Positions 1 through 8,613 of a stretch of DNA of 13,399 nucleotides are shown here, piece after piece; position 1 is the stretch's first letter, and the number at the start of each line of letters is the position of its first letter. The notes beneath the pieces were generated by a model. It was not told the DNA's origin and did no database searches. It was given only the letters and a program-made list of their open reading frames with translations. This DNA is from a virus (lineage: Duplodnaviria; Heunggongvirae; Uroviricota; Caudoviricetes), in IMG/VR virus record IMGVR_UViG_2698536533_000004; one strand, 5' to 3'. A program made the translations under genes and the position numbers.

Positions 1-1
1 G

Positions 2-310
2 ACGGATATAGCCCAGCTTAAGCAGGCTGGTTTTAACGTTGTGGTGAACAGCTCGAACCCGCCAGTAAAAGATCGCGTTAACTCAATGAATGCAATGTTC
101 TGCAATGCCAATGGTGAGCGTCGCTATAAAGTTAATGTGAAGCGTTGCCCGTTATATGCCGAATCTCTGGAGCAACAGGTCTGGGATGAGAAGGGGGAGC
201 CTGATAAAAAATCTGGCAATGATCACCCGAATGATGCCGGAGGTTATTTCATCGTTAAGCAATTCCCTATTGTCAAACCGACCGGAAGAGTCACATCACT
301 TCGGATTTAA
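2..310 (+). CDS. Terminase large subunit, C-terminal fragment (5' end lies upstream of the window)
   Basis: Frame is open from nt 2 to TAA at 308-310 with no stop; the ATG at 41 in the ORF track is internal. Sits immediately upstream of the portal gene with a 2-nt spacer, the canonical terminase-portal arrangement. Call is by position and the acidic DHPND...GGY C-terminal segment, not a verified alignment. Confidence 0.55.
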   Translation, partial: TDIAQLKQAGFNVVVNSSNPPVKDRVNSMNAMFCNANGERRYKVNVKRCPLYAESLEQQVWDEKGEPDKKSGNDHPNDAGGYFIVKQFPIVKPTGRVTSLRI

Positions 311-312
311 TT

Positions 313-1579
313 ATGGCTGATATATCAACACCCAACCTCGACTATAACGATATGCTGGAGGCGTGGGATATTAACGACGCACTGATGGGCGGTACGCTTG
401 AAATGCGCAGGCAGGGGGAAAATTATCTCCCAAAATGGCCTAACGAAGATGAAGACGCTTATAAAAAACGCCTGTCTGTGGCTACGCTACTTCCTGTGTA
501 TGAAGAAAGCATCAAGCAAAATATTGGGCGCATATTTGCAGAGCCGACAGTATTGAGTGAGGAAACGCCGGCAAAAATCAGGGAATATGCAGAAAATATC
601 GACATGGAGGGGAGCCGACTGGATGTGTGGGCGCAGCAATTTTTCAGCCTCGCATTTCAGTATGGTGTGGCACATGCGCTGGTGGACTATCCACGAACGG
701 ATATGAAAGAGATTCGGACAAAAGCCGATGAAAACGCGACCGGTGGTCGTCCGTACGTTACGATGCNNNNNNNNNNNNNNNNNNNNNNNNNNNNNNNNNN
801 NNNNNNNNNNNNNNNNNNNNNNNNNNNNNNNNNNNNNNNNNNNNNNNNNNNNNNNNNNNNNNNNNNNNNNNNNNNNNNNNNNNNNNNNNNNNNNNNNNNN
901 NNNNNNNNNNNNNNNNNNNNNNNNNNNNNNNNNNNNNNNNNNNNNNNNNNNNNNNNNNNNNNNNNNNNNNNNNNNNNNNNNNNNNNNNNNNNNNNNNNNN
1001 NNNNNNNNNNNNNNNNNNNNNNNNNNNNNNNNNNNNNCTGTACACGAAGAAAACAGGATTTATGCGTGGTACACCGCCATTGCTTAATCTTGGCTTGCTG
1101 AATATCAAGCACTGGCAAAGCCAGAGCGAGCAGGACAATATTCTTCATGTTGCCCGCGTTCCATTGCTGGTNNNNNNNNNNNNNNNNNNNNNNNNNNNNN
1201 NNNNNNNNNNNNNNNNNNNNNNNNNNNNNNNNNNNNNNNNNNNNNNNNNNNNNNNNNNNNNNNNNNNNNNNNNNNNNNNNNNNNNNNNNNNNNNNNNNNN
1301 NNNNNNNNNNNNNNNNNNNNNNNNNNNNNNNNNNNNNNNNNNNNNNNNNNNNNNNNNNNNNNNNNNNNNNNNNNNNNNNNNNNNNNNNNNNNNNNNNNNN
1401 NNNNNNNNNNNTGGCGAACTCCCTCGAAGATGCCCTCGATAATATTCTCCAGATAATGGCGGAATGGATCGGAGAGAGTTGCGGTGGCAATGTGGATGTG
1501 CGCACTGAACTGGATGTATCTGCCCAGGTGTTTGACTCATCCTCCGCGCTGGCTGTTCAGTCATTGCGTCAGGGCGGTN
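313..1579 (+). CDS. Portal protein (3' end lies inside N-run 1580-1836)
   Basis: ATG at 313 two nt after the terminase stop. Long protein-like ORF in three unmasked blocks (313-766, 1038-1171, 1412-1579). Placed between terminase and a MuF-like morphogenesis gene. The coding frame differs between blocks (1, 0, 1), attributed to inexact N-run lengths. Confidence 0.6.
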
Positions 1580-1836
1580 NNNNNNNNNNNNNNNNNNNNN
1601 NNNNNNNNNNNNNNNNNNNNNNNNNNNNNNNNNNNNNNNNNNNNNNNNNNNNNNNNNNNNNNNNNNNNNNNNNNNNNNNNNNNNNNNNNNNNNNNNNNNN
1701 NNNNNNNNNNNNNNNNNNNNNNNNNNNNNNNNNNNNNNNNNNNNNNNNNNNNNNNNNNNNNNNNNNNNNNNNNNNNNNNNNNNNNNNNNNNNNNNNNNNN
1801 NNNNNNNNNNNNNNNNNNNNNNNNNNNNNNNNNNNN

Positions 1837-2824
1837 TGCTCGCCTGCTGATAGCACTGGACAGCCTCGATCCAGGTAGTTTTACCGTTAAGCGCCTGGAG
1901 TCACTTCTGGCGAGCGTCAGAGAGGTTAACCGCACTGCTATTAACAGCATGTTTACCAGTCTCTCCGGAGAGCTGAACGAGCTGGCAATTTATGAGGCTG
2001 GTTATCAGTTAAGTCTGTTTGATTCTATGCTACCTGATTTTGTTGCTGATGTTCACCCTCTGGTTGGTATCTCTCCTGATGCACTTTATGCCGCTGCAAT
2101 GGCGCGACCATTCCAGGGACGACTGCTCAGTGAGTGGGCCTCAGATCTTGAGGCGGATCGGCTCAGACGCATAACAAATACAGTGCGTCAGGGTTTTTTG
2201 CTGGGGGATACCAATGAGCAGATCGCAAGAAAAATTCGGGGACATGTCAGTAAGGGATTTCAGGATGGTGCATTGCAGATGAGCCGGGCTAATGCGGCCA
2301 GCATTGCAAAAACAGCGGTTGGACATCTTGCTGCTACTGCCCGTGAGAGTTTTGCCAGCGCGAATAATGATTTGATTAAGGGTAAGCAATGGTTATCAAC
2401 GCTTGATAATCGTACTACGCCACAATGTCGAATCAGGGATCGCCTCAAATATACGCTGAATAATAAACCTGTAGGTCACAGCGTGCCTTATTTGCAGGGG
2501 CCGGGAAAAATTCATTTCTGCTGCCGCTCAACGGAAACGTTCATTCTGAAATCAGCGAAGGAACTGGGTATTGATGTTCGCGATATTTCCCCGGCTGAGC
2601 GGGCCAGCATGGATGGCGTGGTGGCCGGAGATACAACCTACAGGGAATGGTTTTTGCGTCAGCCTTACACCAGACAAAAACAGATTGTGGGGGAAAGCCG
2701 AGCAAAGCTGATTCGGGATGGTGGTATGTCGCCAGATGAATTTTACACCGATAAAGGCGAATGGCTGACGCTGAAGCAGCTCCGTGAGCGTGATGCACAG
2801 GTATTCAGAAAAGCAGGGATTTAA
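1837..2824 (+). CDS. Head morphogenesis protein, phage Mu F / SPP1 gp7 family (5' end lies inside N-run 1580-1836)
   Basis: About 329 codons of unmasked ORF ending at TAA 2822-2824. Contains a segment KQWLSTLDNRTTPQCRIRD that resembles the conserved D-x-R-T...C region of MuF-like minor head proteins as I recall it. Position directly after the portal is typical for this family. Confidence 0.7.
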
Positions 2825-2843
2825 ATAAATCATTTATTACAAC

Positions 2844-2868
2844 AGGCTACCTTCGGGTGGCCTTTTTT
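2844..2868 (+). terminator. Rho-independent terminator-like hairpin
   Basis: aggctacc (2844-2851) pairs with ggtggcct (2856-2863), giving an 8-bp stem with one G-U wobble and a ttcg (UUCG) tetraloop, followed by a T6 run at 2863-2868. Lies about 20 nt after the morphogenesis gene stop. Confidence 0.65.
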
Positions 2869-2928
2869 ATTGCTGCGATCCGGATGGTGAGCAGCGTAAC
2901 TGTCGGAAGACTTAAACCAGGTACTAAT

Positions 2929-3693
2929 ATGAAACTGAAAACGGTCGAGATTAACGGAAAACAATACGCAGAAATTGATACTGCTGGCCTGCCAGTTTAT
3001 GTGCACGACGATGGTAAAGAAATTGGCTTCGATGCACCGCTGGCGACAAAAAAAATTACAGAGCTTAATGGCGAGGCAAAAAATCATCGCCTGGCTAAAG
3101 AAGCTGCAGAGGAAAAACTGGCTAAGTTTGCCGCTATCGAAGACCCGAAGAAGGCGATCGAGGCACTGGAAATGCTGTCAAAAATCGACCAGAAAAAGCT
3201 GCTCGATGCGGGACAGGTTGACCAGGTTAAGGCAGAAATTACGAAAAATTTTCAGCAGCAATTAGATGAAGAAAAGCAACGCTCTCAGATGCTGGAGAAG
3301 CAGCTTTACGATTCTATGATTGGCGGTAGTTTTGCGGGTTCAAAATATATTGCCGATAAAATTGCGATTCCGGCAGATTTATTACAAGCCCGCTTCGGGC
3401 AGGCATTCAAAGTGGAAGAAGGGAGGATCGTTGCTTATGACGCTTCCGGCAACAAAATTTATTCCCGCGCGAAGCCTGGCGAACTGGCGCAGTTTGATGA
3501 GGCGCTGGAGTTCCTTGTCGAAAATTACCCTCAGAAAGACTACATCCTGAAAGCCAGTGGCAACAATGGCGGCGGCTCCCGTCCGACACAGCATGATATT
3601 GGTCAGAAAACGATGAAACGCTCTGCTTTTGATGCACTGGATGTTGCAGGTAAGCAAAACGCATTGAAAGACGGTATCACAATCGTTGATTAA
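2929..3693 (+). CDS. Putative capsid scaffolding protein
   Basis: ATG at 2929 to TAA 3691-3693, 254 aa. Central region is charged and helix-prone (EAAEEKLAKFAAIEDPKKAIEALEMLSKIDQKKLLDAGQVDQVKAEITKNFQQQLDEEKQRSQMLEKQL), typical of scaffolds. Located between the MuF-like gene and the major capsid gene as in SPP1-type head modules. The ORF-track start at 2857 is a GTG inside the terminator stem and was not used. Confidence 0.55.
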   Translation: MKLKTVEINGKQYAEIDTAGLPVYVHDDGKEIGFDAPLATKKITELNGEAKNHRLAKEAAEEKLAKFAAIEDPKKAIEALEMLSKIDQKKLLDAGQVDQVKAEITKNFQQQLDEEKQRSQMLEKQLYDSMIGGSFAGSKYIADKIAIPADLLQARFGQAFKVEEGRIVAYDASGNKIYSRAKPGELAQFDEALEFLVENYPQKDYILKASGNNGGGSRPTQHDIGQKTMKRSAFDALDVAGKQNALKDGITIVD

Positions 3694-3702
3694 CACATTT
3701 GT

Positions 3703-3722
3703 CAGCTTCCGGATGGGAGCTG
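3703..3722 (+). other. Stable RNA hairpin candidate just after the scaffold stop (no U-tract)
   Basis: cagcttcc (3703-3710) pairs with gggagctg (3715-3722), an 8-bp stem with one U-G wobble and loop ggat. No T-run follows, so it is not a canonical intrinsic terminator. Confidence 0.3.
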
Positions 3723-3791
3723 GTGTCAGGGCTGGATAGCTCATTACTCCATCTATTCACAATTACGCAAATTTTTAAGGAATATTTAATT

Positions 3792-5110
3792 ATGGCTGGA
3801 AATACCCTGACCGGGTTGATCCCGACTATTTATACCGCCCTGGATGTTGTATCCCGTGAGCAGGTAGGTTTTATCCCTGCGGTAGCAAAAAACGCAAAAG
3901 CTGACGCCGCAGCAAAAGATCAGACGGTAACCGCGCCAGTTGCGCCTGAGGCGAAAACCGAAGATATCGTACCGGGGCCGTCAGCTCCGAATACCGGTGA
4001 TCAAAATATTGGCACTGTTGATGTAAAAATTACTAAATCCAAAATGGCACCGGTTAAATGGAATGGTGAAGAACAACTGGCTCTTGGCCCTTCAGGGACT
4101 TACAACACCATTCTGGCTGATCAGTTCAAGCAGGCTTTTCGCGCCCTTGCAAACGAGGTTGAGGCTGATCTTGGTGCGTTGTATTTCGGTGCTTCCCGCG
4201 CCGTGGGAACCGCAGGGACAACGCCGTTTGGTGTTAAAGATGATCTTTCTGATGCTGCTCTGGCTCGTCAGGTTCTGGAGGATAACGGCGCACCGACAAC
4301 CGATCTGCAGATGGTGCTTGGCTCCACTGCCATTGCTAATTTGCGCGGAAAACAGTCTGTATTGTTTAAAGTGAATGAATCCGGCACTGAACAGCTACTG
4401 CGTGAGGGCGTGTTGGGGCGTCTGGAGGGATTCAATATTCACAGTTCGGCANNNNNNNNNNNNNNNNNNNNNNNNNNNNNNNNNNNNNNNNNNNNNNNNN
4501 NNNNNNNNNNNNNNNNNNNNNNNNNNNNNNNNNNNNNNNNNNNNNNNNNNNNNNNNNNNNNNNNNNNNNNNNNNNNNNNNNNNNNNNNNNNNNNNNNNNN
4601 NNNNNNNNNNNNNNNNNNNNNNNNNNNNNNGCCTTTACTGCAAATATGGCGTTTGATCGCAACGCGTTTCTGCTGGCATCCCGTACTCCGGCAATGCCGG
4701 AAGGTGGCGATAATGCTGATGATGTAATGAATGTTACGGACCCGATTTCAGGGATTACGTTCCAGATTGCACTGTATCGTCAGTATCGCCAGGTGCGCTA
4801 TGAAGTTGGACTGGCATGGGGTGTTTCATCNNNNNNNNNNNNNNNNNNNNNNNNNNNNNNNNNNNNNNNNNNNNNNNNNNNNNNNNNNNNNNNNNNNNNN
4901 NNNNNNNNNNNNNNNNNNNNNNNNNNNNNNNNNNNNNNNNNNNNNNNNNNNNNNNNNNNNNNNNNNNNNNNNNNNNNNNNNNNNNNNNNNNNNNNNNNNN
5001 NNNNNNNNNNNNNNNNNNNNNNNNNNNNNNNNNNNNNNNNNNNNNNNNNNNNNNNNNNNNNNNNNNNNNNNNNNNNNNNNNNNNNNNNNNNNNNNNNNNN
5101 TCAGGAGTAA
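3792..5110 (+). CDS. Major capsid protein (interrupted by N-runs 4452-4630 and 4832-5100; 3' end uncertain)
   Basis: ATG at 3792 preceded by taaggaat. Protein-like ORF 3792-4451, continuing as protein-like sequence at 4631-4831 (FTANMAFDRNAFLLASRTPAMPEGG...). The next gene has AGGAG plus ATG at 5114, so the stop is in the second N-run or at TAA 5108-5110. Position after the scaffold supports the call. Coding frame changes across the first N-run (0 to 2). Confidence 0.6.
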
Positions 5111-5113
5111 CAC

Positions 5114-5509
5114 ATGATCACTTACGTGACCTGTGATGACGTTGATAATGCGTTTGGGAACGCCTGGACGAGTGAGAACGCTAAAAATAAAGCTGTTTTA
5201 ATGGCTAATGCCTGGCTTAATGGCTTCAACCTGAAAATTAACCCATCCCGTATTCCGGAAGAGGTAAAACTTGCGGGAGCATATGCAGCCAGAATTGCCT
5301 CATTCGGTAAGTTGTTTCAGCAGAAAAATGATTCTGGCGTTGTTATCAGTAAAGCCGTGTCGGCTGACGGGGTCAGTGTATCGAAATCATTTTCTGAGTT
5401 GCCAGCAAACAGCACTGCATTGCTTGAACCCGATTTACAGCTTGCGATAGCACTGCTGAAACCGTACGGACTTAGTCGCTCACAAGTCAGGGTTGTGAGG
5501 GGGGGATAA
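5114..5509 (+). CDS. Putative head-tail connector / head completion protein
   Basis: AGGAG at 5103-5107 then ATG 5114; 131 aa; stop TAA 5507-5509 overlaps the next start (TAATG). Function inferred from position between capsid and tail genes only. Confidence 0.5.
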   Translation: MITYVTCDDVDNAFGNAWTSENAKNKAVLMANAWLNGFNLKINPSRIPEEVKLAGAYAARIASFGKLFQQKNDSGVVISKAVSADGVSVSKSFSELPANSTALLEPDLQLAIALLKPYGLSRSQVRVVRGG

Positions 5510-5892
5510 TGGGGCTTCGTGAAGAGATTCAGTCAGAGGTTGCCGCTGCTTTTGATGAGGATTTAGCGGACGCCGTGAGTGATTTTTCTGGTTCTTACGT
5601 TACGCACCGGCACTGGGATCCTGTGACGGAAACTGGCGGCGAATCAACCGCAATCTATACCGGGCGAGGCGTGTTGACACGTTATAAGCTGGGCAGAATT
5701 GATGGGATTAATATTTTGCATGGTGACCTTAAATTAACCGCTCTGGTATGCGAGGTTACGGATAAACCAGCTGTCGACCATATTATTGAGATTTATGATC
5801 CTGTATCAAGGCAGTTACAACGATACGAGGTAATTACAGCAAGTGTAGATCCTTCCGCATCAGTTTACTCTATCCAGTTAAGGAGAGCGTAA
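5509..5892 (+). CDS. Putative head-tail joining (head closure) protein
   Basis: ATG 5509 overlapping the upstream stop; 127 aa; stop TAA 5890-5892 abuts the next ATG. Function inferred from position. Confidence 0.5.
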   Translation: MGLREEIQSEVAAAFDEDLADAVSDFSGSYVTHRHWDPVTETGGESTAIYTGRGVLTRYKLGRIDGINILHGDLKLTALVCEVTDKPAVDHIIEIYDPVSRQLQRYEVITASVDPSASVYSIQLRRA

Positions 5893-6238
5893 ATGGCAAA
5901 GGCATGGGATATAGAACCGTCAATATTTGCCGGGATGATTGAGGAAGATGTAGGGCTGAAGATTCGCTACATCGCTATGCAGATTCTTACTGCTATTGAT
6001 ATTGCTGCTCCGGTTGATACCGGACGTTTCAGAAATAACAACCTGGTGTCGTTACAGCATCCCGATTTTGGTATATCTGATNNNNNNNNNNNNNNNNNNN
6101 NNNNNNNNNNNNNNNNNNNNNNNNNNNNNNNNNNNNNNNNNNNNNNNNNNNNNNNNNNNNNNNNNNNNNNNNNNNNNNNNNNNNNNNNNNNNNNNNNNNN
6201 NNNNNNNNNNNNNNNNNNNNNNNNNNNNNNNNNNNTGA
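5893..6238 (+). CDS. HK97 gp10-like head-tail/neck protein (3' end in or just after N-run 6082-6235)
   Basis: AGGAG 5881-5885 then ATG 5893. N-terminal 63 aa include AAPVDTGRFRNN, resembling the V-D-T-G-x-L-R motif I associate with the HK97 gp10 family. End not determinable because of the N-run. Confidence 0.45.
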
Positions 6239-6251
6239 TGGAAAAGACGTA

Positions 6252-6569
6252 TTGTATCCGAACGGGCCAACGTTCGATCCTTCCGGTAAGTTAATCTGGG
6301 CGCGGTTAAGTAATATTCCCGGGCAGGCTGGAGTTAATGAAATTGGCGCGGGGCCGGTTGTTTATCGCACGGGGATAATCATTATTCAGTTATTTGTCCC
6401 CGCAGGTTCTGGTTCAAAACTCATTACTGAGACAGCCGATAAATTGCGGGAACTGTTTGAGTTTCAGGATGACGATCGTCTCAGTTACCAGGCTGTTTCC
6501 TCAATAGCCGTTGGCGAAAAGAATGGCTGGTTCCAGCTTAATCTTCAAATTCCATATCGCGCGCTCTAG
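6252..6569 (+). CDS. Putative tail completion / tail terminator-position protein (5' end may lie in N-run 6082-6235)
   Basis: Protein-like frame open from the gap edge (DGKDVLYPNGPTFDPSGKLIWARLSNIPGQ...) to TAG 6567-6569. The only start codon in the unmasked part is TTG 6252. Function inferred from position just upstream of the major tail gene. Confidence 0.45.
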   Translation: MYPNGPTFDPSGKLIWARLSNIPGQAGVNEIGAGPVVYRTGIIIIQLFVPAGSGSKLITETADKLRELFEFQDDDRLSYQAVSSIAVGEKNGWFQLNLQIPYRAL

Positions 6570-6595
6570 CGCAATTAATGACATAGGAGGCTCCT

Positions 6596-7525
6596 GTGAG
6601 TTCAGGTGCAAAGGTTATCTCGGCATTTATCCGGGAGACGGTTGCAGGCACTACGCCAGCAAGTGGTGACTGGAGTTTATTAAAACGCACAAGCTGGGGA
6701 GTAAAACCCACCCAGAATAAAGGCGAAAATAATGAGATTGGTGGCTCCCGGATGGCTCAGGGGGCGACGCCTGGCACTGTGGATGTCGGCGGTGATGTTG
6801 GTACCAAATTTCGCTGGGGTCAACATGATGATTTTCTTGCATCCTGTTTCGGCGCGGAATGGTCAGGCGATTCTCTGACAATGGGGAATGAGCGAATAAC
6901 ATTTTCTCTGGCGACCTATGCGTCCGATGTCGGAATTGCCTCTGTCGTCAGAGGAGCGCAGGTTGGCTCATGGAAAATGCAGATCCCTAACGACGGCGAT
7001 ATTACAGCGACCGTAACCTTTGCCGGACTGGACTGGGAATCAAAGGCCGATGATACGAATTTTATCAAAGGCGAACCTGTGGATAGTGCAGGAAAGCTAC
7101 GTTATTCGTTTAAGGAGGTTTCAGCAGTAAGCCTGAATGGTGTTGCCGGAGGTAACGGTTTTTGTATCGACAGTTTTGATATTCAGTTCGATAACAAACT
7201 CCAGACACAGCGTTGTATCGGGACTGGCTCGCCTTATGCAGGAGCAAATATTCCGACTACTTTTACACCGTCNNNNNNNNNNNNNNNNNNNNNNNNNNNN
7301 NNNNNNNNNNNNNNNNNNNNNNNNNNNNNNNNNNNNNNNNNNNNNNNNNNNNNNNNNNNNNNNNNNNNNNNNNNNNNNNNNNNNNNNNNNNNNNNNNNNN
7401 NNNNNNNNNNNNNNNNNNNNNNNNNNNNNNNNNNNNNNNNNNNNNNNNNNNNNNNNNNNNNNNNNNNNNNNNNNNNNNNNNNNNNNNNNNNNNNNNNNNN
7501 NNNNNNNNNNNNNNNNNNNNNNNNN
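6596..7525 (+). CDS. Major tail (tube) protein (3' end inside N-run 7273-7525)
   Basis: AGGAGG 6585-6590, 5-nt spacer, GTG 6596. 225 unmasked codons of protein-like sequence. All three frames hit stops within about 15 nt after the N-run, so the gene ends in the gap. Called by position (before the chaperone pair and tape measure) and size; not lambda gpV-like by eye. Confidence 0.55.
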
Positions 7526-7590
7526 CTGAGGCGATTAGTTGATTTTCCGTTATTCCTCCTGTGGTACTGCCCTACAGGGGGACGCATTGA

Positions 7591-8052
7591 ATGAGGTTAT
7601 GGATGTTTATTCTTAATCAGAAAATTATCATTGGTGGAGAACGCTGGTTTACGCCAATGAAGGACTTAAAACCTGTAGACGGGTTAAAACTGTTGGTGGC
7701 AAGCAGCGATAACGATCAGTATCGCTCCCGTAATGCATTAATCCGTCGCCACATTGAGAAAATGGATGCCAGTTTGCACGTCGGAACGAAGGAGTTTGAT
7801 ATTTCAAAGGTTTCCGAGGTGGATTCTGTTGATGATTTACTCATTGATAATGCCGCTCGTTATCTGCTGAAAGACTGGAAAGGGGTTGGTGAACTGGTTA
7901 ATGGTGTTGAGGTTGCACTGGAATATACGGCAGAACGAGGGATCGCGCTGCTTAAGCAGAATCCAGAGTTGTACTGGCAGATCCTTGCAGAAGCAGCCAG
8001 CATCGCCCAGGGTAAAGAGCAGCAGAAGCAGGATACGATAAAAAAGCCATAG
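7591..8052 (+). CDS. Tail assembly chaperone (lambda gpG analogue)
   Basis: GGGGGA 7579-7584 then ATG 7591; 153 aa; acidic protein; stop TAG 8050-8052 lies 4 nt after a slippery heptamer. Canonical position between major tail and tape measure genes. An alternative start at ATG 7657 cannot be excluded. Confidence 0.6.
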   Translation: MRLWMFILNQKIIIGGERWFTPMKDLKPVDGLKLLVASSDNDQYRSRNALIRRHIEKMDASLHVGTKEFDISKVSEVDSVDDLLIDNAARYLLKDWKGVGELVNGVEVALEYTAERGIALLKQNPELYWQILAEAASIAQGKEQQKQDTIKKP

Positions 8053-8582
8053 CTGCCCAGCGGTGGTTATCGGAGTTCGGGGGAGAAAGGGGGGAAAAGG
8101 CAAGATGGAAGCGAGAAAAACTCAGGTTGCCACCGATACCGGAACCAGAAATAGACCCGGTGCTTAAGGAGTTGTTGTACGCCTATTCGGTAATATCCCG
8201 TGCCCGACGTTATGCTGGAATGGCTGGGGTGCCTTTGCCTTTATCTCTGACAGAGATAAATGAATATTTAGCCACTCATCCGGTATTGATTGAGCGCGAT
8301 GAATTTGAAGCAGTGANNNNNNNNNNNNNNNNNNNNNNNNNNNNNNNNNNNNNNNNNNNNNNNNNNNNNNNNNNNNNNNNNNNNNNNNNNNNNNNNNNNN
8401 NNNNNNNNNNNNNNNNNNNNNNNNNNNNNNNNNNNNNNNNNNNNNNNNNNNNNNNNNNNNNNNNNNNNNNNNNNNNNNNNNNNNNNNNNNNNNNNNNNNN
8501 NNNNNNNNNNNNNNNNNNNNNNNNNNNNNNNNNNNNNNNNNNNNNNNNNNNNNNNNNNNNNNNNNNCTGGAGCGAAAAATAA
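7591..8582 (+). CDS. Frameshift-extended tail assembly chaperone (lambda gpGT analogue), via -1 shift at 8040-8046
   Basis: A -1 slip at A_AAA_AAG moves from frame 1 to frame 0. I translated frame 0 by hand from 8046 and it is open with no stop into the ORF annotated at 8127-8582 (…AIAAQRWLSEFGGERGEKARWKREKLRLPPIPEPEIDPV…), ending at TAA 8580-8582. The C-terminal part is largely N-masked (8317-8566). Confidence 0.5.
8040..8046 (+). promoter_or_regulatory. Programmed -1 ribosomal frameshift slippery heptamer A_AAA_AAG
   Basis: Heptamer a(8040) aaa(8041-8043) aag(8044-8046) in the zero frame of the chaperone ORF, two codons before its stop. The -1 frame is open downstream for more than 500 nt. 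Confidence 0.6.
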
Positions 8583-8613
8583 TGCTGACAATCTGACCTC
8601 CTCATTAGTCAAA

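Noticed and set aside
2857-2928. Upstream GTG extension of the scaffold ORF (ORF-track start 2857)
   Set aside because: The GTG lies inside the 3' arm of the terminator hairpin, and the extension would translate the terminator and T-tract. ATG 2929 is the more plausible start.
2975-3550. Alternative-frame + strand ORFs inside the scaffold gene (2975-3265, 3320-3550)
   Set aside because: Basic, low-complexity translations overlapping a better-supported frame; typical out-of-frame noise.
3699-3791. Upstream extension of the capsid ORF (ORF-track start 3699)
   Set aside because: The extension covers the hairpin and an AT-rich leader. ATG 3792 gives a typical capsid N-terminus (MAGNTLTG...), so the extension is probably untranslated.
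4826-5113. ORFs consisting almost entirely of X (for example 4826-5113 minus, 8268-8612 minus, 8941-9264 minus)
   Set aside because: These are artefacts of N-runs being read as open frame and carry no sequence evidence.
8092-8098. Second slippery-like heptamer G_GGA_AAA
   Set aside because: It is in phase with frame 0 (the post-shift frame), not with the upstream chaperone frame, so it cannot mediate the G to GT shift. A second slip would lead into a frame with no long ORF.
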